Origin: Epiperipatus broadwayi
Lineage: Eukaryota; Animalia; Onychophora
Length of the DNA stretch: 64,000 nt
Assembly: GCA_028023455.1 (NCBI GenBank)
Contig: JAQFVV010000007.1
Location: forward strand, 7,626,001-7,690,000
Reading direction: 5' to 3'
In this document: positions 63,016 to 64,000 of the stretch, piece by piece
How positions within the stretch are numbered: position 1 is the first letter of the stretch
How the letters are laid out: each line of letters begins with the position of its first letter
Position numbers and translations under genes: made by a program
The notes under the pieces: model-generated
Told to the model about the DNA's origin: nothing
Databases searched by the model: none
What the model saw: only the letters and a program-made list of their open reading frames with translations

Positions 63016-64000
63016 GCCTAAAAAATTATTCATGGATGGGCCAGACCAAACAAAGCATCACAAACCTATCCAATTTACATTTAGCATCTGCATTAAAAAC
63101 TGCAATCTACTCTACCACTCCATTCTTCAACTATCTATTATGAATACAAAGAGTCAGTAAATGCCAGAAGCCAATCAATAAATGATTTGTTGTAGTGTCA
63201 TAGGGTGAATTATTGATCATACTGCAAATGTTAATGCAAATGAAAAATTCATATAACAATTTGTTCAATACATAAGACCATTTTAACAAAGATGACTATA
63301 ATTATGGTATAGTAGAAATCTTTAAGTTAAATATTTGCTTACCTAATATACAATTAAACTGACTTACATTCAAAACAATGGGTTGTTTCAAAATTCACTA
63401 ACTTGAATGTGTGGTTACAAGAAAATAGTTTTCAAAGTTACCAACACTGCAATCTATTGCCCATTAATTACTTATGCTTACAAAAAATATTTCAGATAAT
63501 AAAAACAAAGTACTTTATTGTTCTTTATACAATGATTATTCACTAACAGGATAATGTATGAAAATTGCTTTCAAATTCAAACTGTATATAACTGTGAAAA
63601 ATTTGTATAACTTTGTTTAATGGTCACTGATATTGTAAATGATAGACACAAAGCATATAATTTATACTTCATGTTAAATGCAAACAGTTTATATATGATT
63701 ATATGTAAATATTTAAGATTTGTAAAAATAATATCAATTTTTAATGAATTAACTATCCTGTGTTAGTAATCAAACCCTGTTATATTTAAATATCCAACTA
63801 CTTTAAGAAGATAGTGGAATTCACCTATAGAAATTTTGATAAATGAATTTCATTACAAAGACAAATTTTGGACACATTGATATTGATTACATAATATTTT
63901 CATTTTTTTTTTAAAATTTTAATCAGTGCCATTTTAATCTCACCCTATTACAATCATCAATGACTACAGAAACATAGACCATTCTCTATTACTATAAATA

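Overview
Very AT-rich, CpG-depleted eukaryotic DNA, most likely intronic or intergenic sequence of an invertebrate. A decayed NUMT with cox1 directly abutting cox2 hints at a chelicerate or myriapod host (inference). No intact protein-coding gene, rRNA, CRISPR array or prokaryotic system is visible, and almost all ORF-track entries are spurious or transposon debris. The window is dominated by Penelope-like retroelement (PLE) material. (i) RT and GIY-YIG remnants lie at 16.3-23.8 kb. (ii) At least three families of pseudo-LTR repeats carry minimal type I hammerhead ribozyme (HHR) motifs. The best example is a young, non-coding, exact 400-bp tandem array at 34.3-35.7 kb fused to an inverted copy through a spacer-less palindrome (retrozyme-like). 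(iii) Six head-to-head fold-back structures are present. (iv) A ~2-kb composite element in three copies looks like a compressed PLE relic with an inverted-repeat-flanked, fast-evolving cassette. Also present are RTE LINE, hAT (Charlie/SPIN-type), mariner, Merlin and pogo-like remnants, short tRNA-derived SINEs and a ~2-kb ancient NUMT (cox1-cox2-atp6-cox3). Candidate regulatory elements are RFX X-boxes beside candidate first exons and a cluster of four TGACCT half-sites. All protein similarities were recognised by eye from manual translation and need database confirmation. Boundaries are approximate unless a motif is quoted.
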